DNA of 64,000 nt from positions 192,001 through 256,000 of the forward strand of contig JANNXA010000050.1 of the NCBI GenBank assembly GCA_031409275.1. Direction: 5' to 3'. The stretch is from Planctomycetota bacterium. Its GTDB lineage: Bacteria > Planctomycetota > B15-G4 > SIAN01. The notes beneath the pieces were generated by a model, which saw only the letters and a program-made list of their open reading frames with translations, was not told the origin of the DNA and made no database searches. This document shows positions 48,596-57,995 of this stretch, one piece after another (positions within the stretch are counted from its first letter, which is position 1; each line of letters opens with the position of its first letter). The position numbers and the translations under genes are program-made.

Positions 48596-50340
48596 GCAGT
48601 CGACTCGCGCGCGGCGGTCGCGGTGGCCAGTCGGTAGCCACGCTTCACCAACCGCTCCAGCAGCGGGCCGGCTTCGCCTCCATCGCTCTCGAGCACATCG
48701 CGACGCAGCGCGATCATCGAACTCTGCAGTTGCGCGCAGAGCTGCGCCTGCGCCAGCAACCCTTCCTGGCGATCGTCGACGTTGCACGCGCCGACCGCCG
48801 GCAAGGTGGCGAGCGTGAGCCGCATCGCCTCCCACTCACGCCGCGTCGGAACGCAGCTGCCATCGAGGAGCACGAAGAAGTCGGCGCCGAAGCCCGTCAG
48901 CAGCGCCTGCTTCAAAGTCGCCGCGTTGGAAGCCTTCGGCAGATTGAAGCGGCGGATGCGGCGATCGTTCGGAAGCGGGCGCTCGATCGTCCCTTCCTGG
49001 ATGCCGACGGCGAGCTCGGCCCATGGCGGCAGCTCCGGGAGCGCGAGCTCGACCGCCTGGACGCTCGAATCCGAGGAGAGCACGATCACGGCAGCGCCGC
49101 GCTGCGTCCCGACGGCGCAACGTTCGAGCGGCGCCTGTTCGCCGCCGGCGATGGCATGGACGAAGCCGCGGATCAGCTCGTGGCGCGTCGCTTCGAGCAG
49201 CGTGCCGGCGAGCTCAGGGCGCAGCTTCTCGAGGATGTCGCGCGCCTGCGCCGGACGCCGGGCGACGACCTGCTCGATCTCCTGCAGCGAATCGCGCAGG
49301 GCGCTGACGCAGCGGTCGTGACGATCGGAACCTGCAAGCAGCCGCGCGAACAGCGCTTCCCGATCCGACTCTTCGAGGCCGATCGCCGCCAGCCACGACG
49401 GCGGTGCGCCGCCTCCATGCAGGCGACGCAGCTCCTTCCAATCGGCCCCCATCGCGCGGCAGCGCGCGAGCCAACCATCGAGGTCGACGTTCGGGGTTCG
49501 TCGCCCGCCGAGCGCGGGGTCGAGCACGATGCGCCAGCCGGATGCAGCGAGGCGCGCGCCGAGTTCGGGGCCGGCGAAGGCGGAGAGGCCGGTGTGGAGT
49601 CCGCCGGCCGCGACGAGTTCTTCGCGCGGGAAGCTCACGTGGTCGAGCAGGAGGCACTCGGCCGGCACTTCGCCCGCGGAGTCGATCCCTGCCTGCGCTC
49701 CCAGCAAGCCCAGCCCATCCAACGCGAAGGCGAGCGGGCGAAGCTCGAGGCCTGCCCATTCGATCGCGCCAAGCAGCACGCACGGCGGCGCGCCCACCGC
49801 ATGCGCGGTGAGGTGGCGCAGCAGCGCGTCGGGCCGCAGCGCGACGTCATGGGCCAGCACGACCACGACGCGACCGCGCGCCGATCGGAGTGCGGTCGCG
49901 CAGGCGCGCGCATCGCCGCCATCCGCGACCAGCACTTCGAAGCGACTCGGCGCCAACGTCTGCGCATCGAGCGCGCCGAGAGCCGGTGACTGGCATACGG
50001 GCTCGGGCACGCCGAGGACGATCACGCTGAGTTCGGGGCACGCGGGCGAGGTCGACGCCTTTGCGGGCGCCGGACTCGGCTTCGACGGCGCGGCGACCGC
50101 GGCGACCGCGGCATTCGTCGGCTGCGTGGCGGCGGCGAGCGCTCGCGCGATCGTCGGATCGAGTTCGGCGGTCAGCAGCGAGAGGTCCCGCAGCACCTGT
50201 CGGGCCAGCTCGGCGCGACCGGCGGCGCGCGCGTCGCGCCACAGCGCCTCGTAGTCGGCGAACGTGCCGGCATGCGCACCCTTCTGGGCCTGCGCGCGGA
50301 TCGACGCATAGCGCTGCTCAAGCGATGGCGACGGGTTCAT
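48583..50340 (-). CDS. Degenerate GT2-like protein (two eroded GT-A domains)
   Basis: LSVIV...ALDAQTL...FEVLVADGG, ARGRVVVVLAHD; second ADFFVLLDGS; start ATG 50340. Confidence 0.6.
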   Translation of the reverse strand: MNPSPSLEQRYASIRAQAQKGAHAGTFADYEALWRDARAAGRAELARQVLRDLSLLTAELDPTIARALAAATQPTNAAVAAVAAPSKPSPAPAKASTSPACPELSVIVLGVPEPVCQSPALGALDAQTLAPSRFEVLVADGGDARACATALRSARGRVVVVLAHDVALRPDALLRHLTAHAVGAPPCVLLGAIEWAGLELRPLAFALDGLGLLGAQAGIDSAGEVPAECLLLDHVSFPREELVAAGGLHTGLSAFAGPELGARLAASGWRIVLDPALGGRRTPNVDLDGWLARCRAMGADWKELRRLHGGGAPPSWLAAIGLEESDREALFARLLAGSDRHDRCVSALRDSLQEIEQVVARRPAQARDILEKLRPELAGTLLEATRHELIRGFVHAIAGGEQAPLERCAVGTQRGAAVIVLSSDSSVQAVELALPELPPWAELAVGIQEGTIERPLPNDRRIRRFNLPKASNAATLKQALLTGFGADFFVLLDGSCVPTRREWEAMRLTLATLPAVGACNVDDRQEGLLAQAQLCAQLQSSMIALRRDVLESDGGEAGPLLERLVKRGYRLATATAARESTACAR

Positions 50341-50827
50341 GAGTTTCCTTTTCCGTGGAAGCGGCGGCGTCGGAGCGCTCGTCGCTGCGCCGAAGGACGA
50401 AGAGCGAACCGCCGCGCCCCTTCGGGTCGAGCGTGGCAAAACCGCGGCAGGAACCGGCGCAGCCGCCATCGACGAGGCGGATCGCCTCCCCGTGACGTGG
50501 CCGGATCGATTCGAATTCGATGAGCAGTCCTTCATCGGCGGTGGCGACGACGCGCTCGGAGCAGCGCTCGACCCGCCCGCAGCGCACCGCCTCGTCGGCA
50601 CCATGCCAGCCGCGGCGGACGCTCCACTCGCGATCCTGCATGTGCTTCAACACCCGCCAGGTCATCGCGCCCAACAGCAGGAGCGCCAATCCCAGGCTGG
50701 CGAAATGGAGCACGTTCAGGTCGATCCCGCTGCCACCGCGCGGCGTGCCGCGGCTCGCCGCCTCGATGCGTTCGGCAACCGACAGGCTCGGCTCGCTCCC
50801 GAACTCGAACATGTTCTGGATCGTCAT
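50318..50827 (-). CDS. Hypothetical single-TM protein downstream of flgE
   Basis: ATG 12 nt after flgE stop; TM FASLGLALLLLGAMTW; overlaps next gene. Confidence 0.55.
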   Translation of the reverse strand: MTIQNMFEFGSEPSLSVAERIEAASRGTPRGGSGIDLNVLHFASLGLALLLLGAMTWRVLKHMQDREWSVRRGWHGADEAVRCGRVERCSERVVATADEGLLIEFESIRPRHGEAIRLVDGGCAGSCRGFATLDPKGRGGSLFVLRRSDERSDAAASTEKETHEPVAIA

Positions 50828-50839
50828 CGCCGGCTCCGA

Positions 50840-52789
50840 TCAGACGATGTTGACCAGCTCGTTCAGGAGCTCGTCCGCAACCTTGATGACGCGCGCATTG
50901 GCCTGGAAGCCGCGTTGCGCCTCGATCAGGCGCACGAACTCCTCGGCCACGTCGACGTTCGACGACTCGAGCGCACCGCCGAAGATCGAGCCGGCGCGGC
51001 CGGTGCCTGCCGTCTGCACCTGCGGCACGCCCGAGTTGGGCGACTCCTCGAAGAGCGAGCTGCCGCTGCGCAGCAGGCCGTTTGGGTTCGAGAAGACCGC
51101 GATGGCGATCTGGTCGAGCGCCTGCTGTTGTCCATTGCTGTAGGAGCCGGTGATGATCCCGTCGCTGTTGACGGCCATCGAAACCAGCTCGCCGACCGCG
51201 TAGCCGTCCTGCGAGAGCGCGCGCAGGCTCTGCGAATCGCCGAGCTGCGTGACGCCATCGAGCTGACCGCTGGTCCCGAAGTCGAGCGCAATCGACTGCG
51301 TCGCGGTCAACCCATCGAACATGATCTCGATGTCGCCGTCGCCGCTGCCCGTGCCGGTGGTCGCGAAGAAGGAGCCGTCCGGATTGAAGCGGATGCCATC
51401 CGCGGAGCCATCGACGAGGACGTCGTTGGGATTGTCGGTCTGGGCGGAGAGGCTCCACTCGGAGCTGCTCACGCGAGTCATCGTCAGGGTGACCGTGTGC
51501 CGCAGTCCGCGCGAGTCGAAGACGTCAAGCGAGGTGCGCACCTCGTCGGGGCCCTGCCCGTTCGTCGTGGCCGAGAAGCCGTGGCTGGCGAAGGTGGTGC
51601 GCCCGACGTTCGCCGAGTCGTCGATGAACGACAGCGAGAGCGTGGCCGCGCCGGTGTTGTCGGCCGTGACCACGAGGTTGCCGCTGGCGTCGAGGGTGAC
51701 GGTGGCGTCGGAGAGCAGGTTGTCGGCGAAGCTCGCAAGGTCACCGAGCGTCGTGCCGTCGGTGCCGTAGACGAACGTCCCGGAGATCGCCTGCCCGCTG
51801 GCGTCGGTGCCGCTGATCTCGATCTGGTCGCCGTTCTGATAGTCGATCAGGTTGTCAGCCAGGTCGTTCAGCGCGGTCGTCAGCGTCGCTGGCGAGGAGA
51901 CGCCGCGCACCAGCGTCGTCGACAGGCCGAACAGGCTGGCCGGCGAGTTGATGCCGTCGTCGATCTTGATCGTCGAGCTGTCGCCGGTGCGATCGGAGGT
52001 GATGACCACCGCTCCGCTCGAGCCGTCGACGGTGACGCCGCTGACCTGGGCCGCGATGATCTGCGCCACCTCGGTCGCGGTGGCCGTCGCGATGTTGCCG
52101 CCGAGCGTCGTGAAGTCCGCGGCACGGAAGGTGACGGTCTGGGCGCTGCCACCATCGACGCGCAAGTCCATGGTGTCGCCGTCGTTCAGCGCGAACGGAC
52201 CGCTGTTGGCGCCGGTGACCACGCCGTGCGTGCCGCCCTCGTAGATCGAGGAGCTGGTGAGGACTTCGGCGACCGGGCCGCCGACCTTCGCCGGCAGGTT
52301 GCCGCCGAGTCCGATCGAAGCGGTCGCGCGCGCCGGCAGCAGCGTGTTGAGCGGCAACTGGATGTCCGCTCCGAGCACGCTGCGCACCCGGAAGCCGGTC
52401 GACGTGTCGACGAGGTAGCTGTCGCGATCGACGCCGAAGGTGCCCGCGCGGGTGAAGACGTTGCGCGCGCCGGAGTTCAGCACGAAGAAGCCGTCGCCCT
52501 GGATGCCGAGGTCGAACGGACGGCCCGTGTCGTCGAGGACGCCCTGCGCGCCGCGGATGTCGACGGAGTGGACCTGGACGCCGAGCCCGATCTGCACCGG
52601 GTTGACGCCGCCGAGCGTCGACGTGGGCGCCGAGCCGGAACGCAGCGACTGCGCCAGCACATCGGAGAACGTGACGCGCGACGATTTGTAGCCGACGGTG
52701 CTCGCGTTCGCGAGGTTGTTGCCGACCACGTCGAGGAAGAACTGATGGACGCGAAGTCCGGAAAGGGCTGACGTCAGTGCGCTCGACAT
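50840..52789 (-). CDS. flgE: Hook protein FlgE (649 aa, with insertion)
   Basis: VGNNLANASTVGYK, FTRAGTF, VFDSRG..H, QRGFQANARVI; start ATG 52789. Confidence 0.95.
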   Translation of the reverse strand: MSSALTSALSGLRVHQFFLDVVGNNLANASTVGYKSSRVTFSDVLAQSLRSGSAPTSTLGGVNPVQIGLGVQVHSVDIRGAQGVLDDTGRPFDLGIQGDGFFVLNSGARNVFTRAGTFGVDRDSYLVDTSTGFRVRSVLGADIQLPLNTLLPARATASIGLGGNLPAKVGGPVAEVLTSSSIYEGGTHGVVTGANSGPFALNDGDTMDLRVDGGSAQTVTFRAADFTTLGGNIATATATEVAQIIAAQVSGVTVDGSSGAVVITSDRTGDSSTIKIDDGINSPASLFGLSTTLVRGVSSPATLTTALNDLADNLIDYQNGDQIEISGTDASGQAISGTFVYGTDGTTLGDLASFADNLLSDATVTLDASGNLVVTADNTGAATLSLSFIDDSANVGRTTFASHGFSATTNGQGPDEVRTSLDVFDSRGLRHTVTLTMTRVSSSEWSLSAQTDNPNDVLVDGSADGIRFNPDGSFFATTGTGSGDGDIEIMFDGLTATQSIALDFGTSGQLDGVTQLGDSQSLRALSQDGYAVGELVSMAVNSDGIITGSYSNGQQQALDQIAIAVFSNPNGLLRSGSSLFEESPNSGVPQVQTAGTGRAGSIFGGALESSNVDVAEEFVRLIEAQRGFQANARVIKVADELLNELVNIV

Positions 52790-52793
52790 CCGG

Positions 52794-53240
52794 TCACTCC
52801 TGGCTGCGAATGGAGGTGAGGTTGGGCAACGGGACCGCGATGCCATCGACATCGAGGACGACGAGTCCGTCGATGGCGCGGACCGCATCGACCTGACCGC
52901 TCGCCGCGGTGCCGGTCGACGGGTCGATGTAGTCGACCGTCTTGCCGATCAGCGCCGCGCTCTGGGTCATCTGCTGCAGCGCCGCCAGCGACTCCTGCAG
53001 CGAGACCATCGACTGCAGGCGATCGTTGGTTTCGAGCGACTGCTCGAGCTGGCTGTACTGGGTGAGCTGACCGAGGAACTCGGTGTCCTGCATCGGGTTC
53101 AGCGGATCCTGCGCCTGCAACTGCGCGCTGAGGATCCGGAAGAAGTCCTCGCCCGTCGCCAACGAGCGCGCGTCGAGGTTGCTGCCGGTGGTCTCCACGG
53201 CGCTGCTGCCCGCGTCCTGGATCGAGGTAAGACTGGACAT
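52794..53240 (-). CDS. flgD: Hook capping protein FlgD
   Basis: FFRILSAQLQAQDPLNP...QYSQLEQ; start ATG 53240. Confidence 0.93.
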   Translation of the reverse strand: MSSLTSIQDAGSSAVETTGSNLDARSLATGEDFFRILSAQLQAQDPLNPMQDTEFLGQLTQYSQLEQSLETNDRLQSMVSLQESLAALQQMTQSAALIGKTVDYIDPSTGTAASGQVDAVRAIDGLVVLDVDGIAVPLPNLTSIRSQE

Positions 53241-53292
53241 GGTTCGTTCCCCTTGCCGGCCCGCGCCGGTCCACTCCCTGGACGTCGCCCGC

Positions 53293-54540
53293 TCAAGCGA
53301 GCAGGTCGATGCGCGTACCGTCGCCACTGCGCGCCCGCACCGGCGTCGACAGCGATCGCTCGCCTGCCAAAGTCGGCGCCGGGTGCTTCTCCTCCTCCTT
53401 CGCCCTCCCCGAGAGGTCGAAGGACGCTCCACCGCCCTGCTGCTGCAGGGTCTCTTGCCAATCGCGGAACAGGTCGCCGAGCTGCTGCTGCAACTGCGCG
53501 TCATCGCAGCGCGCCACCACCCGCAGGTGGTTGCCCTGCATCTCGAGCCGCACGTGCAGCGAGCCGAGCTCGGCCGGATCGAGTCGAATCTCCGCTTCCC
53601 AGCGCGCGCCGTCGCGCCGCATGCTCACGACTCCGTCGATCGCCGCGTCGAGCAGCGGGGTCACCGCGCTTGGCGACAACGGATGGGTCGGTGGCGTCGG
53701 CAGGCTCGGCGCTGCAGTCACCTGCGATTCCGGCGCGCGCATGGCCGTCGCGAGGCGAGCCGCCTCGGCGACATCGCGCGCCAGCGCGGCCTGGATCTCC
53801 GAATCGTCGGTCGCGGCAGCCGGCGCAGGAAGCTCGCTTCCGGCCGCCGAATCGCCGCGAAACGCTTCCTGGCCGGCGTCGTGCGTCAGTGCGGCGCCGT
53901 CGGACGACGGCCCGAGCAGTGCCGGCGCGCTCTCGTCGCTCGCCATTCCGGCAAGCGTCTCCCCCTCGCTCGCAGCGGCGCTCGCGCCCTTTGCCGGCGC
54001 TGGCGCCACCGTCGCCGCCTTCGCTTCGAGGCCGCTGGTCGCGATCGCGCCGACCGCGACGGTTCCAGCGGACTCGGTGGCGAACAAGGCGGGCGTGGGA
54101 ACGGGTGGCGGCGATGGTGGCACCGTGCCGAAGGCGAGGAACGCCTCGAGCGCCGCCCATTCGTCGCGCACGGCGGAGTCGTCCTTCTCGACCTTGCTGG
54201 CGTCATCGTCGAGCGGCGCCGGCGCGTCCTCGACCGGTGCTTCGTCGTCACGCGGCGCGTCGCCGCCATCCGACTGGTCTCGTTGCGATCGGGAAGTCGC
54301 CTCGTCGCGCTCGACCTTCGTCTCGTCACCCTGCGCCGCATCGCCTTGCGCGTCGCGCGACTCGCTGACGTCGACCGTGTTCGCTTCGGAGCGGTCGACT
54401 GGCGCTCGCGGCTCGAGCAGCGCCGTTTCGCGCCCGAGCTCGTCCGCAAAGCGAGCCGACCGTGAGGACGGCTCAGCCGACGGCGATGCGTTCGCTCGCG
54501 GTGCAGACACGGCAGAGGTGGGGAGCATGGCAACCGGCAC
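53293..54540 (-). CDS. fliK: Hook-length control protein FliK
   Basis: Low-complexity N-terminal region, IRLDPAELGSLHVRL C-terminal domain. Confidence 0.9.
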   Translation of the reverse strand: MPVAMLPTSAVSAPRANASPSAEPSSRSARFADELGRETALLEPRAPVDRSEANTVDVSESRDAQGDAAQGDETKVERDEATSRSQRDQSDGGDAPRDDEAPVEDAPAPLDDDASKVEKDDSAVRDEWAALEAFLAFGTVPPSPPPVPTPALFATESAGTVAVGAIATSGLEAKAATVAPAPAKGASAAASEGETLAGMASDESAPALLGPSSDGAALTHDAGQEAFRGDSAAGSELPAPAAATDDSEIQAALARDVAEAARLATAMRAPESQVTAAPSLPTPPTHPLSPSAVTPLLDAAIDGVVSMRRDGARWEAEIRLDPAELGSLHVRLEMQGNHLRVVARCDDAQLQQQLGDLFRDWQETLQQQGGGASFDLSGRAKEEEKHPAPTLAGERSLSTPVRARSGDGTRIDLLA

Positions 54541-54594
54541 GCGATCGAGCCTCCGCGTCGAGGCGACATTGCCTGCGACGACGGGAGCACTTGG

Positions 54595-54609
54595 GCAACG
54601 CGAGTGCCG
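54595..54609 (-). promoter_or_regulatory. Putative sigma54 promoter of fliK-flgD-flgE
   Basis: CGGCAC-TCGCG-TTGC. Confidence 0.65.
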
Positions 54610-54918
54610 AAGGGAACTGGCGCCGCGATCGCGCGGCGGTCGACTTCACGCAAGTCCCTGGGGGACAGCGGGTTGCGCCACGATCACGAGTCGGCGCGGC
54701 AGCTCGGCTGGGCGCGCGGGCTCGAAGCGGCGCTCCGAAACGGATGCCGGGAACCGAGCGCGCCACTGCGCATTCGATTCCGCGGGACGACCCTGGTCGC
54801 CGTTCACCCGGGCGACGCGCGATGGGTCGATTTTTTCCTCATGACGAGCCTTCAGCCGGACGAAGAGTCCGACGAAGGTCCTGATGGCCATCGTTCGCAA
54901 AGCGAAGAGGCAGCAGTC

Positions 54919-55287
54919 ATGGATGTTTCAAACCTGGTCCCGAATCAACCCCCGGCACGCTCGGAAGGCGCCGAAGCGCGCAACCGCCCGCTGGGACTCG
55001 CCCCTGGCCCGACCGCACGGCTCGATCAGGCGGCGCGCGCCGCAGCCACGGCGCGTCCGACGACCGCGGCCAACTCGGTCCGCGACCGCATCGAGCGGTC
55101 CGACGAAACCGAGCAGCGCCTCGCGCAGCTCAAGCACGAACTCGGGCGCCAGCCGGAAGTCCGCAAGGACGAGATCGAAGCCTTGCGAGCCCAGATGAAA
55201 GAGTCGCTCAACGCGTCGCATGAGACGCTGGTGCGAGCGGCTCTCGCCATCCTCCACGGCGAGCTCTACTTCCTGCCGAACTCCTGA
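54919..55287 (+). CDS. flgM: Anti-sigma28 factor FlgM-like
   Basis: DRIERS...PEVRKDEIEALR pattern; start ATG 54919 after GAGG. Confidence 0.62.
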   Translation: MDVSNLVPNQPPARSEGAEARNRPLGLAPGPTARLDQAARAAATARPTTAANSVRDRIERSDETEQRLAQLKHELGRQPEVRKDEIEALRAQMKESLNASHETLVRAALAILHGELYFLPNS

Positions 55288-55501
55288 TCGATCCCGACGC
55301 GCGAGCGGCGCGTCCCCTGCTCCGAACCGCCCCGAGTCGATCTCGATTCGCCGCGGGGCAGGTTGCGTGGCCTGCCCCGCGACGTCGAGTTCGAAAAGAC
55401 GGTCCTTCCCGGAGCCGGGGGCCGAGGAAGCGCAGGTGGAGGGGCTTCGCGTCCCCACGCACCCCGACCCCGGGAACGACCGGCCTGCTTGCTTTGCTTG
55501 C

Positions 55502-56332
55502 TTACTGCTGCAGGAGGCTCAAGGCGACCTGCGGCTGCGTGTTCGCCTGCGACAGGATCGAGATCGCGGCCTGCTGCAGGATCGAGTTGCGCGTGAGCTC
55601 GGCCGTCTCCGCCGCGACGTCGACGTCGCGGATGCGCGACTCGGCCGCAGAGAGGTTCTCGACGCTCACCCCGATGTTGTTGATCGTCGACTGCAACCGG
55701 TTCTGCAGTGCGCCAAGGTCACCGCGCGCGGCGGCAACGTTGTCGATCGCGAGGTCGATGCTGGTGATCGCGGTCGTCGGGGCCCCCGCCGACGAGATGT
55801 CGAGCGAGTCGATCCCGAGGTCGCTGGCCAGGACCGACCGCAGCGCCACCGCGATGGTGTCGACTCCGGTCACGACGTCGGAGCCAACCTGGAACTCGAT
55901 GCTCGACGTCGAGCCGTCGAGCAGGTTCACTCCGTTGAACTGCGTCGACAGCGAGATGCGGTCGACCTCCTGGATCAGGTTGTCGAACTCCTGATCCAGC
56001 GTGTCCTTGTCGGCTGCGGAGTTGGTGCCGTTGTTCGCCTGGATGGCGAGCTCACGCATCCGGATGAGGATGTTGCTGAGCTCGTTCATCGCCCCTTCGC
56101 CGACTTGGACCAGCGAGATGCCATCGTTGGCATTGCGCTGGGCCTGCGAGAGGCTGCGAATCTGAGCGCGCATGCGCTCGGAGATCGCCAGTCCGGCTGC
56201 GTCGTCCGACGCCGACACGATGCGCAAGCCGGTTGACAACCGGCGGAAGTTGGACTGCAACCGGTTCGTGATCACGTCCAGGTTGCCGCGAGCATTGATG
56301 CTCGCCACGTTCGTATTGATGAACAGACCCAT
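55502..56332 (-). CDS. fliC: Flagellin, minimal (276 aa)
   Basis: [43 protein letters not shown]; start ATG 56332. Confidence 0.97.
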   Translation of the reverse strand: MGLFINTNVASINARGNLDVITNRLQSNFRRLSTGLRIVSASDDAAGLAISERMRAQIRSLSQAQRNANDGISLVQVGEGAMNELSNILIRMRELAIQANNGTNSAADKDTLDQEFDNLIQEVDRISLSTQFNGVNLLDGSTSSIEFQVGSDVVTGVDTIAVALRSVLASDLGIDSLDISSAGAPTTAITSIDLAIDNVAAARGDLGALQNRLQSTINNIGVSVENLSAAESRIRDVDVAAETAELTRNSILQQAAISILSQANTQPQVALSLLQQ

Positions 56333-56382
56333 GAACGATTCCTCCACTTACTGACGAGGCGTTCGACCTCGCACGTCAGAGT

Positions 56383-56409
56383 GATTCGGAGGATTCGTCC
56401 GCCGCTTGA
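56383..56409 (-). promoter_or_regulatory. Putative sigma28 promoter of fliC
   Basis: TCAA-N15-TCCGAATC versus consensus TAAA-N15-GCCGATAA. Confidence 0.6.
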
Positions 56410-56447
56410 GCGGGATTCCCGGAAGAAAGGGACTGCACTGCCTCGAT

Positions 56448-56464
56448 CGGGAACTTCTTTCCCG
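56448..56464. promoter_or_regulatory. CGGGAA-N5-TTCCCG palindrome upstream of fliC
   Basis: 6-bp perfect arms, ~40 bp upstream of the sigma28 element. Confidence 0.5.
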
Positions 56465-56476
56465 GAACCGTCCGCC

Positions 56477-57166
56477 CTAACGAGCGGCTGCGGAAGCGCT
56501 GTCCTGGAAACCGCTTCCCGGCGATGGATAGAGCGTCCGCACGAACGAGGTGGCCACGAAGCGCGCGAAGCTCTCGGCCGGCACCTGGGCGACGTCGGTC
56601 GCCGGCGCGACCTCATCGGCCACCGCGGCTTCGTCCGACCTGAAACGCAGCAGCGACGCACGCGTGGCCGGCGTGCGCGCATCGACGACGTCGCGCGCCG
56701 TCCACAACAGGTGCCCGTCGCGCGCGTCGACGAGCGACAGCTCGAGCCCGGCGGCCGGCTCACCATGCGCGCGGCTGAAGGCGACCCGTCCGCAGAGGAT
56801 CGCGTCGCACCCCCACTCACGATGCAGGCGGATCAGCGACTCGGTGGTTCGCACGCGCCCGAGCGCGAGTTCGTCGCGCGTCGTGCGCGGCAGCTCGGCG
56901 GCATCGGGCGCGACGACCTCGAAACCGCAGATCGCCCGCAGCGACTGCGCGAACGCCGATTGCAGCAGCACTCCATGGCTCGGCGGCGCATCGGCCGAGA
57001 TGAATGGCAGCAACAGCACCCGGTGCACCGGTGCACCGGGCGGAGCCGCCGACAAGGCACCCTGCACCGGCGCCCACGGGAGCGCGGTGTCGAGAGTGGC
57101 CATCGTGCAACCGCTCGCAGTCAGCGCGAGCAGCAGCATCCACGAACGGGGGTCACGGGCCGTCAC
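56477..57166 (-). CDS. Lipoprotein with CsgG/TolB-N/FlgO-like alpha/beta fold
   Basis: LTASGC lipobox; RVLLLPF...DAILCGRV...LVDARDGHLLW pattern. Confidence 0.65.
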   Translation of the reverse strand: MTARDPRSWMLLLALTASGCTMATLDTALPWAPVQGALSAAPPGAPVHRVLLLPFISADAPPSHGVLLQSAFAQSLRAICGFEVVAPDAAELPRTTRDELALGRVRTTESLIRLHREWGCDAILCGRVAFSRAHGEPAAGLELSLVDARDGHLLWTARDVVDARTPATRASLLRFRSDEAAVADEVAPATDVAQVPAESFARFVATSFVRTLYPSPGSGFQDSASAAAR

Positions 57167-57755
57167 CTTGGCTCTCCGCTTCAGTCACCTTGGCGAGGAT
57201 CAACTGGCGCTCGACGCGCACTCGCTTGATCCGTTCCGCCAGCAAGTCGTCGGCGAGCTGACGCGAGCGCAGCTCGAAGTCCTTGACCTGGCCGCGCAGC
57301 TTCTCGATCTCGCCGTTGACGCCGGCCTGCGATTCCGTGCCGGCCTGGACCAGCTGCGAGAGTCCGGCGTTGTCGCGGCGCAACTGCTCGATCACGGCAT
57401 TGAGCGACGCCACCTGCGCAGTGAGCGCCTGGTTCTCGCCCTCGAGCGTCTGGTTGCGCGCGGTGGCTGCGTCGAGCTGCTCGAGCGTCGTGCCCTGGCC
57501 GAGCATGGGCGCCGGCGCCGCAGCACCGGACGGCGCGCCGTCGGTTCCCTTCGATGCGGAGGCCGAGTTCGCGGCGTTCGCCGGCTCACCCGCGGGTCGA
57601 GCCGCTTCGCCGCCGCTCTTCGCCGCTGCCGGTGGAGTCGCCCACGGATCGCCGCCGACCCGATACGCCTCGCCGCCCCCACCGCCGCTGCCGGCACACG
57701 CCGTCGCGAACAGCGCCACCGCGGCCCACCATCGCACCCGCTTCGTTCCGTTCAT
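57153..57755 (-). CDS. Coiled-coil lipoprotein of unknown function
   Basis: LFATAC lipobox-like leader, flexible linker, long heptad region; start ATG 57755. Confidence 0.65.
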   Translation of the reverse strand: MNGTKRVRWWAAVALFATACAGSGGGGGEAYRVGGDPWATPPAAAKSGGEAARPAGEPANAANSASASKGTDGAPSGAAAPAPMLGQGTTLEQLDAATARNQTLEGENQALTAQVASLNAVIEQLRRDNAGLSQLVQAGTESQAGVNGEIEKLRGQVKDFELRSRQLADDLLAERIKRVRVERQLILAKVTEAESQGDGP

Positions 57756-57979
57756 CTCGCACCTCCCGTGTCCGCGCGCGCGGTCGGCAGGAGCTCGAGC
57801 TCGTGCGTACGACCGCAACCGCAATGCAGACTGATCCCGACCACGACGCCCCCTTCACGCACCACCTCGACCGCGACCGGCGGAGCGTCTTCCACCGGAG
57901 CACGCGGCTCCCATGCCACCGGCGCCGAAGTCGACGCCACGCGGCTTGCCTTGATCACCTTTCCCCGTGCGGCCACCAT
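57752..57979 (-). CDS. Small protein with CxCG motif
   Basis: 75 aa, RBS GGAG, ATGA overlap with next gene, ISLHCGCGRTH. Confidence 0.6.
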   Translation of the reverse strand: MVAARGKVIKASRVASTSAPVAWEPRAPVEDAPPVAVEVVREGGVVVGISLHCGCGRTHELELLPTARADTGGAR

Positions 57980-57995
57980 CGCCTGCCCTCCCCGC

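Noticed and set aside
54851..54878. Sigma28 promoter upstream of flgM (TCAG-N15-GACGAAGG)
   Set aside because: Plausible by position but too degenerate to support.
55288..55501. Bidirectional terminator between convergent flgM and fliC
   Set aside because: Only imperfect GC stems with no U-tract.
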